Shown one piece after another: positions 1 to 12,824 of a stretch of DNA of 64,000 nucleotides. The translations under genes and the position numbers were made by a program. The notes beneath the pieces are model-generated. The model made no database searches and was not told the origin of the DNA. It saw only the letters and a list, made by a program, of their open reading frames with translations. Position 1 is the first letter of the stretch, and each line of letters begins with the position of its first letter. The stretch covers positions 58,530,001 through 58,594,000 of the forward strand of contig NW_024704742.1 in NCBI RefSeq assembly GCF_018977255.1, read 5' to 3'. This stretch comes from Callorhinchus milii (lineage: Eukaryota).

Positions 1-2284
1 TGGCTGGCCTTTCCTGCATGTAGTTCAGCAGAGGCCAGATCATTTGCAGAGAGACATATGCCAATGGGGAGAACATTAGAAAAAATATTTGGGACATGCT
101 AAATTAAAAAACACAAAAATAGGAATACCAAGAATGGAAGAGGAACCAGGAGCAGGAATCCTATCTGGATCTCCTCTCCCAAACCCTTGGAAACCTTGGA
201 TTCAGGGATCAGGCTGGCTCAGTTCATAGCACTCTTGGTTCTGGTCACAGTAAAATCATGTGAAGCCCTTTGAGAGTCTTGAAAATGTGATAAGGTGCTA
301 TATCAAATGCAAGAATTATTATTATTTATAAGAAAGATAACCTTATGTAATTTTCTGGTTCATCTAACAAAAGACATTCTAAGTCCAATGTACATTAAGA
401 CAAATGTGCAGAACTGTAAACGTTTCTGCTACTGCTGTACAATTATAACTGGGCTTCACAGTTTCCAATTTTAATCAGTAAACAGTGGCATTTATTGGAT
501 TCTTCAGTTTTCTCCAAATAAAGGAAAATGATTTTTCTACCACTTTTGTTTATTGTTTTGAACAAAAATGGCCAAAGTCCAATCATAAGGTCACCAAAAA
601 TATCACGTTTTGCCAAAGCAAATGTCAAAACTCAAGACTACAACTGCCTGCTGGGCAAATCATTAGAAGGTGGAAATATATAATTCTGTCATCTCTATGA
701 GTAAAGCAGGAAGTGATATTAGTGGTGCTGCCTGCATATGTGATGTCAGTGGTTAATTTATGAACTGGCAGCTGAAAAGATCCATAAAAATTCAACTAAA
801 ATCCAGGAAAAAAAATGACGGTCAAATAAACATCAGTATCATCTGTCAAAAATTAAGAAACATAACAGTCAAAAAATAGAACCCAAATTATAACAAAGGA
901 GTTAGTTCAGGTTACTGGATTTTTGTAACAGAAATAATTACTCAGATCTCAAATCGTTACAAAATTGTTAAAAAAAAACACAGGAAAAACTGACATTCCT
1001 ATATAGGCTTCAGCCTGGATATTTAACTTCATGGCAGTCTTCAATAGGGAACGCTCTGTCGTTTTCACAAATTAAATTTAAAATTACAGTGTCAGAAAAC
1101 TGCTGTGCATTAATTGCACTGCCTTGAACAAGATGTTTCATGAATGTTTGAGCTGATACAATGTGCAGTTGATGACCAACACATAAATTTGCTACACTGT
1201 TCACCAACAAACAGTCAGTGCACTTCACAGAAAATCCTGTGAGGTGCTTTGGGATGTCCTGCTGATGTTAAATGGCTCCATATCAATTGCAATGATTACT
1301 TTTATTATTATTATTATTCTTAAACACCCCGTTGCTGTTCACTGTCCAACCTCACAAATTCCTTGATAAGGATTCCCATTAAAATTCCCTTTGACCTTCA
1401 GGAACTCTGCTCCGGAAGTACATGGTGTTGTGTGCATTCCCATTTGGTCGGTGTGACTGACATCCACTTACCAGAGGGAATCCTTATATGAGAGATTCAT
1501 TTCCTTATTAAGAATTCTATTAAAAAGGCAAATTACACCCCAATGTCCCTTGCTGATTTTGCTGCTGATGGTTTTGCTGCTCATCCCACATACTCCAAAT
1601 GTCTCTTGACATTCTAATGATTCAATCGTGAAGTAATGCACAATTTCATTCAATTATTACCCGATGACTTAATGTCGTCCATTCATTCTTGATGTGCAGT
1701 CTTTTCTGGGATGGATATTCATTGGGTATAACAAGAATGAAGCTTTAAGTAGATATAACTGTCTTGAGGTCTCCAGTCATACTTCTGCACCATTGCCTAA
1801 GAAACTTTCACTTTATTCGGAGATTCAGAAATGACAGATAGCCTGTTAAAAGGCATTGGTGAGGACTAAGGGAAAAATTATACTTCAAGCTTCTCAGGAA
1901 ATAAAGTTCTCAAAAGGTCATGGTGATAATGGATGTGGTTATAATAACTTGCATGAAGGCTATTAATTGATCATTCTTTTCGGTCGTCTCTGATAAATCT
2001 TTGAACCTTCACATTTTCCTTTAATTTTCACCTCCTTTTCTTACCTTGTCACATTTTTAAATGGAGGGATTGCTTGCTCAGAGAAAATATTCATGAATTG
2101 GTGCAGCAGCTCAGTGGATAGGATGACAGAATAGAATGAGTGGACAAAATACTGTGGAAGCTTGCTAAGTCACTGCAACAAGGTTAAACATTATTTTCAA
2201 AGCTTCTACTTCTGACCAATTTTATTTGGTTCATTGCTGGTCAGGGCATCATGTGAGACTCACTTCTCTTTTCGAATAGCCATT

Positions 2285-2450
2285 TGGGATCCTGGTTTGA
2301 TATACTCACCAAAGGACCACACTTCAAACAATGCAGCATTCCCCCAGCACAGCACTGGAGTGTCAACCTAAACTGTTAGACATATATGGGACTTGAAGTC
2401 ACAATCTTCTGATTCAGAGTCGAGAGTGCTACAAACTGAGCCAAGCTGAC
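2285..2450 (-). mobile_element. Deu-domain SINE 5' half
   Basis: caatgcagcattccccagcacagcactggagtgtcaacc...gggacttgaagtcacaatcttctgattcagagtcgagagtgctacaaactgagcca. Same family as 35968-36390. Confidence 0.7.
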
Positions 2451-2845
2451 ACTATGCTATAGCCTTTCATACAATAGGTACTTGAATAGTTCTTTTGCAA
2501 GAATTGGAAGGGGGTTCGAGAGAGAATGGAGAAAAAATCCTCATTGTTAAGTGAACTGACTTAGATCTTATGGGATAGAACAAGCTGAATGCCACATCGT
2601 TGTCATTCTGCTTAGCTCCATCAGAAATTTCTTGCCACATGCCCTTTTTAAAGCAAACTGATGTGCAGATTGTGGCACAGCCACAATGAGTCGAATGCAG
2701 AAAACCTCTAGTTACTCTATGTCAGAAACAGTGTCTGAAAGTGCCTGACAGACATTTTCTATTGTGAGATAGACATTATACATTACTTTTAGGGAATACT
2801 ATTCACTTTGGTTAAGAGAGCCAAGTCTGTCCAATGTGTGCCTAC

Positions 2846-3031
2846 CTATGGTGCAGTGTTCACCATTCCAGCCTTGGTTGCATTCGCATTTGCCATCCTT
2901 GCAGGTCCCATGCTCCAGACAGCGAGGGTGACATACTCTCTGTGCGCAGGCTGAGCCACCCCAGCCTTCCTCACAGCGGCAGCTACCGGCGATGCAAACT
3001 CCGCGGGCGCCACAGTCCACGGTACAAATTT
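2846..3031 (-). CDS. TENM3: Teneurin-3 internal exon (186 bp): EGF repeats 6 and 7
   Basis: Acceptor gttccacag at 3032 and donor G|gtaggc at 2845. Encodes (E)[61 protein letters not shown]. Confidence 0.96.
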   Translation of the reverse strand, partial: KFVPWTVAPAEFASPVAAAVRKAGVAQPAHREYVTLAVWSMGPARMANANATKAGMVNTAP

Positions 3032-3611
3032 CTGTGGAACAAAAATACAGTTGCAGCACAGTCACTTGTGTGCTCAAAATGCTGTCAAAGCACATTTAGT
3101 ACTTGTGGGACTCTGATGCTAAAGGTTAATATATTCACTAAAGATACTGTAAAATAGAACATTACTACAACAGTAAATTGACATTTATTTCAGATCCGGT
3201 TTTAAAAGGACCTCAAATTCACGATAATAAATGTATTTAACCAATATCATTCAATTAATTTACTAAGAAACTACTCCTGTTAGCAACAATTACAAAGTTA
3301 TTCTTTATCAATCACAGACTTTCATGTTGGGTTGACAAATAAGATGTAAACCTATATTTGAGTTTTCTTTTTCTTTTGACTCATTAAATTCAAGTCTCCC
3401 TCCACTTGCATCTGACACCACTCCAATCAGAAAGAGTTGGCTGAACCACTGGAAAGAAGTGAACTCTTCACTAGATGGCTTAATTTTGATACAAAGCTTA
3501 GTACGTGGAGAAATGCCAAGACCAGCCACAGTCCTTCCACCACTCCGTGAACTCAGCTTTTATCCAAAAAACCTTATGGGCTCTTGGACACTAGCATATC
3601 GATCCCAATTA

Positions 3612-4000
3612 TAATACAATACAAATTTACATTAATGTAGCGCCTTTCACGTTGGGAGATGTCCCAAGGCACTGGACCATCTAAGTTTTGCATTCTTGCT
3701 AGGGGTGCAGGCTGGGGCAGTGGCGATCGAAGGGTGTAAGAGGGGAAAGATGGCCAACAACCCATTGAAAAAGGAACGTTTTGAAGCGGATCTTGAAGGA
3801 AGCGAATGAAAGAGCGAGTCAAAGGGAATCCAGGATAGAGTTCCAGAGACTGGAGGCAGATATGCTGAAAGCCCAACTGCCGATGGTGGGGTGGGTGGAT
3901 GTGAAGCAGGCTGAATGGAGGCAGCAACCGGGTTTGTAGGGTTTGAGGAGATCACAGAGGTAGGATGGGACAAGACCGTGGAGGGATTTAAAGGCTTCAG
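3612..4000 (-). mobile_element. L2 3' fragment
   Basis: FKSLHGLVPSYLCDLLKPY...WNSI remnant plus tail (cgcctttcacgttgggagatgtcccaaggc). Confidence 0.85.
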
Positions 4001-7000
4001 TTGTCATGAAGGTAGAACCAGGGCTAATCAAGAGCCACTGAATTTAGAAATGGTCATCAAATTACGAAGATATTTAACAATATTCAGCTGACTTAAATCT
4101 GATCTTTTACACCACACTTTTCGTCATCTTCTCCCCCCACCCCGACTCAGCTCCCCCTCCCCCAGCTTTAGGGTCCAGTCAGCTGTGAATCTCTTTAATT
4201 CAATCTCTCAAGTTCCTGCTGTTGATGATAAGTGACATCCTTTTCTATTTTCTATACATAGTTAGTACTTGAATTTTTTTTTGAGAAGGTCAAACAGATG
4301 AACAAATTTATAAAGTTGGAGAGAAGCACAGAAACAGAAATAGCTTTGAACCAGATGCCAAAAATAATCCTAACCGGCCGAAAATTTACACAATAACTTT
4401 TCTAGAAATTGATGTGACAATGTGCGATCCTGGAAATATAGATTGTACCATTGGAGGCGCCTTTTGAGTCAGCTGCTGTCACATAAAATTTACATGAAGC
4501 CCATTACGGCCATGGCTTTACATCCAATTCTACGAATTGACCACGAAAACACTGGTTATGCTGCCGAGACAATCTAATCCTGCTCAGCAGGTCAGGATTT
4601 AATGATAATACTCAGGTTCAGAATTTTGAATTTAATCCAGTTATTTCCCCTTGCCTTCTCCATTTTAAAGTTATTTTCTTTTCTCTTATTCCGTCTCTAC
4701 CTTTCTTCCCCTTTACAATGTTCACTGAATGAACAGTGGGCAGGAAAAGCAAGCTGCTGTCTTCTTTACCACAAGCACTCTGGACTTAGCTTCTAGCGAA
4801 TATTTGTGGGAATCCTGGGAGAAAGTAACTTTTCCAAGTGTTCCTCCCTTCAACTGGGGCTGGTCTTTGCTCTTTGCATTTCATTGCCACATGAGCAATC
4901 ATGGACTTGTGGTTTTGCATACTGGACAGCCAATGCACTGCTCTACTGTGTCCTTCACCTAACGGTGATACAATCAGATGCATCAGTTACGGCCCCCCAA
5001 AAAAACTTTTGACAAAAATTAAATGGGGTTTGAATTATATCAGAACAGAGTATTCTCAACAATTCTCTGTGGGGAAACTGACAGAAGCCTGTCTCGCTAT
5101 CTTTGAGAATTTGCACAGCTTGAACCAGCTGTCTCACAGAGCAGGATTATCACCTGAGGTGTGAGGAGTCACACGTGTGCTTGGCTCCTCTCCTAATTTT
5201 CCTTTGTGTTAAGACTGAGAAATGAGAAAAAGGGAGCAGCCATTTCCAAACTGCTCCAGAAGCCACCCAGTTAAAATAAAGTATTATGGCATCCCACGGA
5301 GTGACAGCCTAGCCTTGAGAGCTGCCTAAGCTGTTACCATAGCAATGTCATTGACCGGGCACCATCAAACATGGTGACAATGTGAGCCCATTGCAGTCTT
5401 TACAAGAAAGATGTCTAGGGCATTTCAGTGGTATGATCTTTCTTAGAAACCCTCTCTGTTAAGAGTAGCAATCTTAAGCTTTTCCTACCACCCTGCTTCA
5501 TAATTCCAATGATGCTTTGCTCTGAATAGATATTTCTGGTTCCCTTTAAATTTGGCAACTAAAAGACCCTGAAGCATTCATCAAACAACTTAAAAGAGTA
5601 TTCTTCAGGCTTATACCTCATAACAAATAGAAAATTCTATTAAATCAGAGTCTGACATAAAATGGAGCCTGGGTAACATTCAGGGCATTAGTAAGATTTA
5701 TAAGTGCTTTAATAGTCAGGGATGTCAGTGTTTGGCAAAAAACATCCCAGTGTACAAAGTATCATGACTAAATCCATGGCACAGTGCTGACTGAAACATA
5801 TCATGTGTTGGGAGAAGAGGCAAAGAAATCAGCAAAGGTCAACAACTGTTGGACTAAACAATAAAAAACAAAAGTTATGTGAAAAAAAACTTTTTCCTAA
5901 CACAAAAAACAATGATCTGAAAATCTATCTAACACCAACGGGATTAGTTACAGCTTCATCAGTTTCCATCTGCTGGGTTGCTTTGGGACACACTTGTCTG
6001 TTCATTTGTGCTCTTTTCAATGATTTCTTTATAGAATCACTTCCCTACTTTCTGAATCAAGCTTTCGATTAAGGGATCTTCGAGGAGCTGATTAACCTTT
6101 GTGCTGCAAAATATTAACTGGGCTTTGAGAGGTAAAGTGTTTTTTCATTCTGAGCCCTGTTTCTCCTGCGAATCAATCTAATCAATTTTTCATTAGCACA
6201 AAGGTGTTTATCAGCCTTTAACACACCACCTTAAACTAGGGGTGCGTCAATCTTTGCAAGGAATTTATTAATTAAAGTTCGTTTAATTGAAGTGAAATTG
6301 GGCAGCTAATTAATAACCATGTTTCTCTCCGAAGATCAAATAATGTTTTGGCAGCATCAATTCCATAAGAGCAAATTGGAAGGGCTTGTCATTCAAGTGG
6401 CTTGCTGGTGGGAAATTAGTCTGTGTTAAACCTGTGGACTCCAGCCACCATTCAGTTACGAGCTGATGCCTGCAGAGTTCAACAATCGATGGTGCTCCCA
6501 AATCCACCTGTTTAGCATGCACTAGGGTCCCTCCCACAGAAACAGCAGATTCGCTTGATCTCTTTTCATCATAACCCTTAAAAAAAATTGAATAAAGATA
6601 ATTGATGGCTAAGTGAGTTCATAACACTGCATCCATTAACTTGTTCCAGCCATTGCTTTCCTGATGGATTTGAAAGGAGCCTCTTAATAAAGATGTTATT
6701 GTTTGAAGACATAGCCAATTAGTCAAGTGGCTGCCCTTGTGTGATTTTGACTGGTCACTTTTGCTACCCGGCCCCAATGCGCCTGTCCTCTCATTTTAAT
6801 TGCCCTTCAGTCTCATCACATCACCAACTATTATGTTCACATCTGTCGCCTCATTTGTTGGATTATTTTCTCTATGGTTGGATTTTTTTTACTTTCTCTG
6901 AGCCTTTTTTAAAAAAAATCAAGCCAGTTTAAGAACTTAAGAGAGCGTCATTGCCCACAAACACACATTCACTCCACTTTACAGTAAATCCTGTGAAGGC

Positions 7001-9654
7001 TTTGAGATATCTTCCCGATATGAAAGAAGCTATAACATATTCAAGGATTATTATAGGATTATCATTGCATTTCTTATTTTGTGACTACACAGGGTCCACG
7101 GAGACAATTTTCTGCTCCTTGCTGCCTTGGGATACACGTCCACAACCTTGTATTTGAATCAGGAGTTTGACTGCCTCTTTCATGAGCATTTATATCTCAT
7201 TGCATTCATCAATCTCAAGGTCCACACCCTTACCTATAAATCCCTTCATGCTTTAACACCTCTTTAGATTCCTGATCTTCTCCCACCCCACTTCTCTGCT
7301 CGCCCCCTTGGTTTGGTTTGCTCTGAGTCTCTTGCTCTCTCTACGCCACCATCAGTGTCTGAGCCTTCAGAGTCTACTCCTAAATGGAATTCACTTTCTC
7401 GACCCTTCTGTCTTGCTCCATCTCATTCTATCTGGTCTTTAATCCCAATTTAAAACTACCTACTTGCTCAGTACTTAATCCTGTCTTTGTATAGCGCTGG
7501 AAACATTACCCAACAGTAATGTTGGGTGCTATTTAAACGCAACTTGTTGTTTAGTAACACTTTAAAAAGGAATAGTTATTCCCTGATATTCTTACCTCAA
7601 AATACACTCAATTTATTCTGTCTAACAATTCCAGTAAAACAAATCCAACAACTGGACTTCTGAACTTCTCTTAAATGTTTCGCAAATCGTTCGACAGGGG
7701 AACTTATAAACCTGTGAGACAACAACGAGAGTCTGCTTCTGCCTTGTGCTTTTGTTGAATTATTCAATTCGGGAGGTTGCCTGCATGAGTCGCACAGTTT
7801 GTTGACTGTGCACAGAACTCACTGTCACTATTTGCTGAACGAACAAATACAGGAAATTAGATAATTAAAAATTGGTAAATTAAGTAACAGTTTGGTACAT
7901 TGAGAGTTTTTCTTCCGAAATCTTTATTGGTTGATGACTGGTACTGGCACCAGTCAAAAAGGGCTGAAATCACCCATGGGACTCACGTTGATCAGAGGTA
8001 CGCATTCCAGAAATCCATTAAGAACAAAGCAATGTGAAAGATTTATTTTATCCATCAGTATGAAACTTCACACAGTTCGTGTTCAGTCACTGCCTTCATT
8101 CAAAGCAGAGTCTAATTTCCCCACAACTGAAGCCTTTTATCACAGGGTTACCTGACTGAGCAGCATTATGATTAATTGATTTTAACTCTATTAATCAAAT
8201 GTGTTGGGATAAGGTAAACTTTTTCAAATCCAGTAATTGGTTTTTTGGGCACTTGTTTTTCTTCACCTATTCCACAAATGAATTCAAAAATAAATCATAT
8301 CTGACCTTGGAATTACATTTTTAAAGGGCCATATTTTGTTTCTACTGATTATTGAGCTTCTACTGAGCTGTTTTGTTTCTGCTGAGGTATTAAAAGATAT
8401 GGCATTGGGATTAAAAGATCTGATGACATCTAATCAACCGTCTGAATGGCCTCTTCCTGTTCCCATTAAAATTCCAGCTTCTAAGAAGCTAAAACTTTGG
8501 GGCGGTGGGGGGAAGCAAGGGTGCAAAATTGAAACATACAGGAATTAATGGAAGGGAAATACCAGAAGTAGGTCAGAGGTGACTATATCTGATACTGTAT
8601 AATCCACTGAAAGTCACCAAAACAAGGGACTGTTGGAAACAAGAAATCTAGGGTTTGTTTTGTATTACTGCCATTTACTGATGTGGAATGATTGAAAGCT
8701 GCTTGAAGCACCACAGCATCAAGTTTGGACTCACAGAGGCATTTTTATAATGGAATTTTGATAGATTCAATAGCGTGCAGTGACTTAAAAATAGTAAATG
8801 TTGTTGGTTTAAAGGGTCCATGTCACAAACATGTGAGTTAAAAGGCAGACATGTTTACGTAGAGTATGGTGAATAAAAAGTAGTGGGCAGAATTACAAAT
8901 TCATTGTAGTTTTCACAACAATGTCTTTACCACCCTGCCTTTGTCTTACTAACTCTCTCCATTTATCTGAAGCTGCAGTGGTAGTCACTTGGGCACCTCA
9001 CCCATACTGTGAGGTATACACCAGGACTGCGAGTCGAATGAGAGAATCCTTCCCTTTCTCCCTAACCCCCACCTCACACACACACACCATTGTGGCCGGG
9101 TTCTGTGAACTACAATCAAGAGCAGTCTGGTTGATTATGGAAATGGTGAATTGCACCCAACCAGCCACCTGGCTGAGATAAAACATCCCAGTTTAGAAAA
9201 TGATTGATACCTTGGAACTTTCTAGCCTGTTTGATGCACTACATTTAGCCAGCAAAGCTTGGGATTCCTGAAAGACTGTTCTTTAGCACGGAATCAAGCA
9301 ACGTTCAGGCACACAAACAGGCCATTTGGCCTATCAGGCCTACTCTGGTGGTTTTCTCCACATGAGTCAGTCACCTTGTCTAATTCACCAGGCTGCCTGC
9401 TCACCATGCCTTTTTGAGGTGTGATTTGCTTGGACAGGGCATCACTTTAGTGCTGCATTTTGCTGGAGATTGGCGCCCTCCACACTAGTCTCCATTGGTT
9501 ATGCCTGAAAAACTGGGTCCACAGGATTAGACTTGCAGTTTGTTCGCTACCGGTTGGCTGGACATTGGCATTTTGAGTCATTTGTCTATTCTGCTAAGCA
9601 ACTTTCAAAGGCTACAATCTGTGAGTCAGAATCCCATTCCCCGGCTTCTTCTGA

Positions 9655-9800
9655 AATATCTTTCAAAAGGGAATTGGATATATATCTGAAATTGAAAACA
9701 AATTGCAAGGCTATGGAGAAAGAGCGGGGGAGTGGGATTAATTGGATAGGCACAGTGTACCGAATGGCCCCCTTCTGTTGCTTTAAGATTCCATGATTCT
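9655..9800 (+). mobile_element. CR1 3' fragment
   Basis: ctttcaaaagggaattggat...ccgaatggccccttctg...attccatgattct matches the 23695 copy. Confidence 0.75.
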
Positions 9801-10311
9801 CAGACTTCACAAGAAAATCAAGATTGTCAAGGGGGAGGTGGGAGCAAAGGGAAGAAATGGTTAGACAACTAGTGAGATGTCCAACTCTTACACATTCCAC
9901 ATGATAAATATTAGAGAAACATCACATTTGACTCTGTAATCTCAAGGATGACCACATTTTTGAACCATACCTCTAGAAAATTTTTGAGGTGAAATATGCA
10001 AACTTGTGTCTTTCATAATGGTAACTATTTCTGTTTTTTCTATAAGGGAAATTCTGTTCTTCACAACACAACAATTTCCTGAACAGAATTATGCTTTTAA
10101 ACAGAGGAAACAGCCCACGAAAATCAAGTGATCATTAAAACCCAAGATCAATTTGTTGAGGTAACCCAGCTGCCAATGACATACACCACCGAGTTTGAAA
10201 TGAGTCTGTGTATCTCAGTAAGTATACTGCTGCTTTAGCCCTCGGGGGAAGAAGGATCTGAACATTTCACCACTTATAGGATGATTTGCAAGGTATCCTC
10301 TGTCTACTAAC

Positions 10312-10512
10312 CCACTGAGCAGTCTGGGCCTGTCCAATTTGGATCACAAATGCAGGAACCATTCTCCTGAAGGTATGTCCCATGGCCAGAGCACTGATCG
10401 GGGCAGACGGCTTTCGAATTTTCACAGTTGGCACCTCCCCATCCCGGACTGCAGTGGCATTCCCCGTGGATACAGACTCCATGATTTGAACAGGTCGGGT
10501 CGAAACAATCCG
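10312..10512 (-). CDS. TENM3: Teneurin-3 internal exon (201 bp): EGF repeats 4 and 5
   Basis: Acceptor ttttcttccag at 10513 and donor G|gttagt at 10311. Encodes (A)[66 protein letters not shown]. Confidence 0.96.
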
Positions 10513-12772
10513 CTGGAAGAAAAAAAGAAATAATCTTTCGGCCCAAAAGGTGAAAAATAGCAGAGAGCGTCAAGACCTGGTCCTTAATTCACTTTAATGT
10601 GCTTCACATTATGAAATCTAATTTCGCAATTTGACTCAATAAAATTTTACACTTGTAGGGTCAACGACCTGAAAATTTAATTTCTGCAGCATAATTGCAA
10701 TAGTGTATGAATAAAGATCAATAAAATCAATATTTCTGAGGTTTCGGAAATAGGATTTTCCACTTGAAAAATGGACTGCTCTTTCACAAATTCCTCTTTA
10801 CTACCAGCATTGCACCAGGAAAAAAAAACCCTTATCATTTTTCATCATATTCTACCAGAAACAGCTACTCTCTCTTATTGACTGCATGACTATAAGTGAT
10901 ATACTGCACAGCCATGTATCAATATATTCAATCTTGACAATTATTTGTTCTATACAGTGGAAAAAACAAGCTTCATAGTTTAAACAGAGAATCTGACTCT
11001 GTGAGGATTTTCTTATGTTACCATATATAGTTACAGGATTTTTGGCAGCTCTTTTCTGCACAAAACATGACAATCTATGACCTTTCATTCAATGCAAAGC
11101 ACCCTGAGCCAAATCTGAGCCTTAGCTCTGGGTACCATTTGTTTAAAGCAAATTCTCAGTGCATCTCAGACTTTATCAAACTGCTGGCTCATTATCACTT
11201 TCCACTCTAACTCCATATCTGTCAATTTCAGACTTCCGAAGCACTTATAATCACTCCGTTGCTTAACTTGGCAGCCTTTAGCCAAATCTCACAAGGTCAT
11301 ATCTAGGAACGATTTGCTAACAAACTGCATTGTATTACCTAGTTATTTTATGATTATCCCCCTGGGTCTATAATCAGGGACTTTGCCCAGGGTTCCTCAC
11401 TTAAGAAATACAGACATGCGTCACACTGACTCACAGAAACTCTCTCCAGCGTACTTTCATTTGGAAACCAAATTCATGTGAGTTTGACGTACCACTGGTT
11501 AAAGAATTCCCACTTAAAGAATCCTGTTTCTGATCTGTTTTTAGATTCCCATTGCTTGTTTTGTGTGGGGTGGTTTAGTTGTGATAAGAGAGGAACAAAT
11601 CAATGTTTTAGTACTAGGTGCCTTGATATTTCTCCTAACTCTATCATTGATAAAGAGGAACTGGAGTAAACCACACTGGTTGCGAGCTAGTGTTAGAGCT
11701 AATTTATCCCAATTTTTTAATGGGATCCTGTCCATTATAAGGCACAAGACTGGCTGCAAGATTTTCTTCTCTTGTTAACAAAATCAAAGCTTTTACAGAC
11801 AACTATACGCTCTATGTGACTATGCCCAACTGGTTCTGTAGTATGTCTGACTCGAGAATGGCCAGCAGAGTGGAAGAACCCCTCACCCCACTTGCTACAT
11901 AAGTATAGCCATAGCTATAGTTTATAATGGCAACTGGTGTTATGGCAGGCAGTCACATTTTGTTCCTCAGCATGAAATCAAAGTGTCTGCGTGACAGAGA
12001 ACATAAGCTTCATTAAAGTGGATAATAGAGCCCTGCAAGCAAGATTCACTTGCAATGAGTGAGAAGAAAATGGGAGAAGCCTGAGACCTTTCTGCAATTA
12101 CTGAAACTTCATTACTTTCCATGTTCATTAATGCCAATGAACAGCAGCGCTTTAATGATGCCATTGATATAGGCAGCAAAATACCAGAAGGAAACACTGA
12201 AATCTCTAGCAGTGGGGAAAGACAAAACTAACTCATTCTTTAAATTTCTGCAAATATTTAATGTAGCTTCTTTTATTCAAAAGATTAATTTTATTTTGAT
12301 CCAGTTTTTGAAAACACTAGAATAGTTTGCTTTGGGTTTATGAGAATGACAAACAAGCATCAGCAAAAATGGAATGATGGGTGACTGCTTACAGAAACAC
12401 AATTTTAAATGTGAATCTGATTCATTGGTGGGGCTGCAAGATCTCACTTGTTAAATTACTGCACAAAAACAGAGCCATTATGCATTTTCAAAGCGGTTTA
12501 ACAATCTTTAGAAAAAACAGATTCAGAACATCATTTCCACCCTGAACAGATTGTTAGAAAAAGAATATTTATAGCTTTAAACCACACACCTAGCACTGAT
12601 AATGACATTTAATGCATTGGACAAAGAGCTCCTCAGTAATCAAGTGCAGTTCATTTTTCTGTGAATTAGCATGATAAACGCGGCTGCATTCATTAACTAC
12701 AGAGAAACACTATCATGTAAATGGTGTGCAGTGGCAGTCTGCATCTAATGACAAACATTGTTGGCACAAAAA

Positions 12773-12824
12773 TATTACTTCAGAAAATTTGCAGTGTATA
12801 TTACTTCAGAACATTTGCAATGTA
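12773..12824. repeat. 26-bp tandem duplication
   Basis: tattacttcagaaaatttgcagtgta followed by tattacttcagaacatttgcaatgta. Confidence 0.85.

Noticed and set aside
2799..2845. Read-through GRHTLDRLG after EGF7 as an alternative 27-nt donor extension
   Set aside because: There is no GT at +27 and the frame stops soon after. GR simply reflects the gtagg donor.
1..2845. Known 27-nt TENM3 microexon between EGF7 and EGF8 (AHYLDKIVK-like) and the EGF8 exon
   Set aside because: Not found by eye. They probably lie outside the window.
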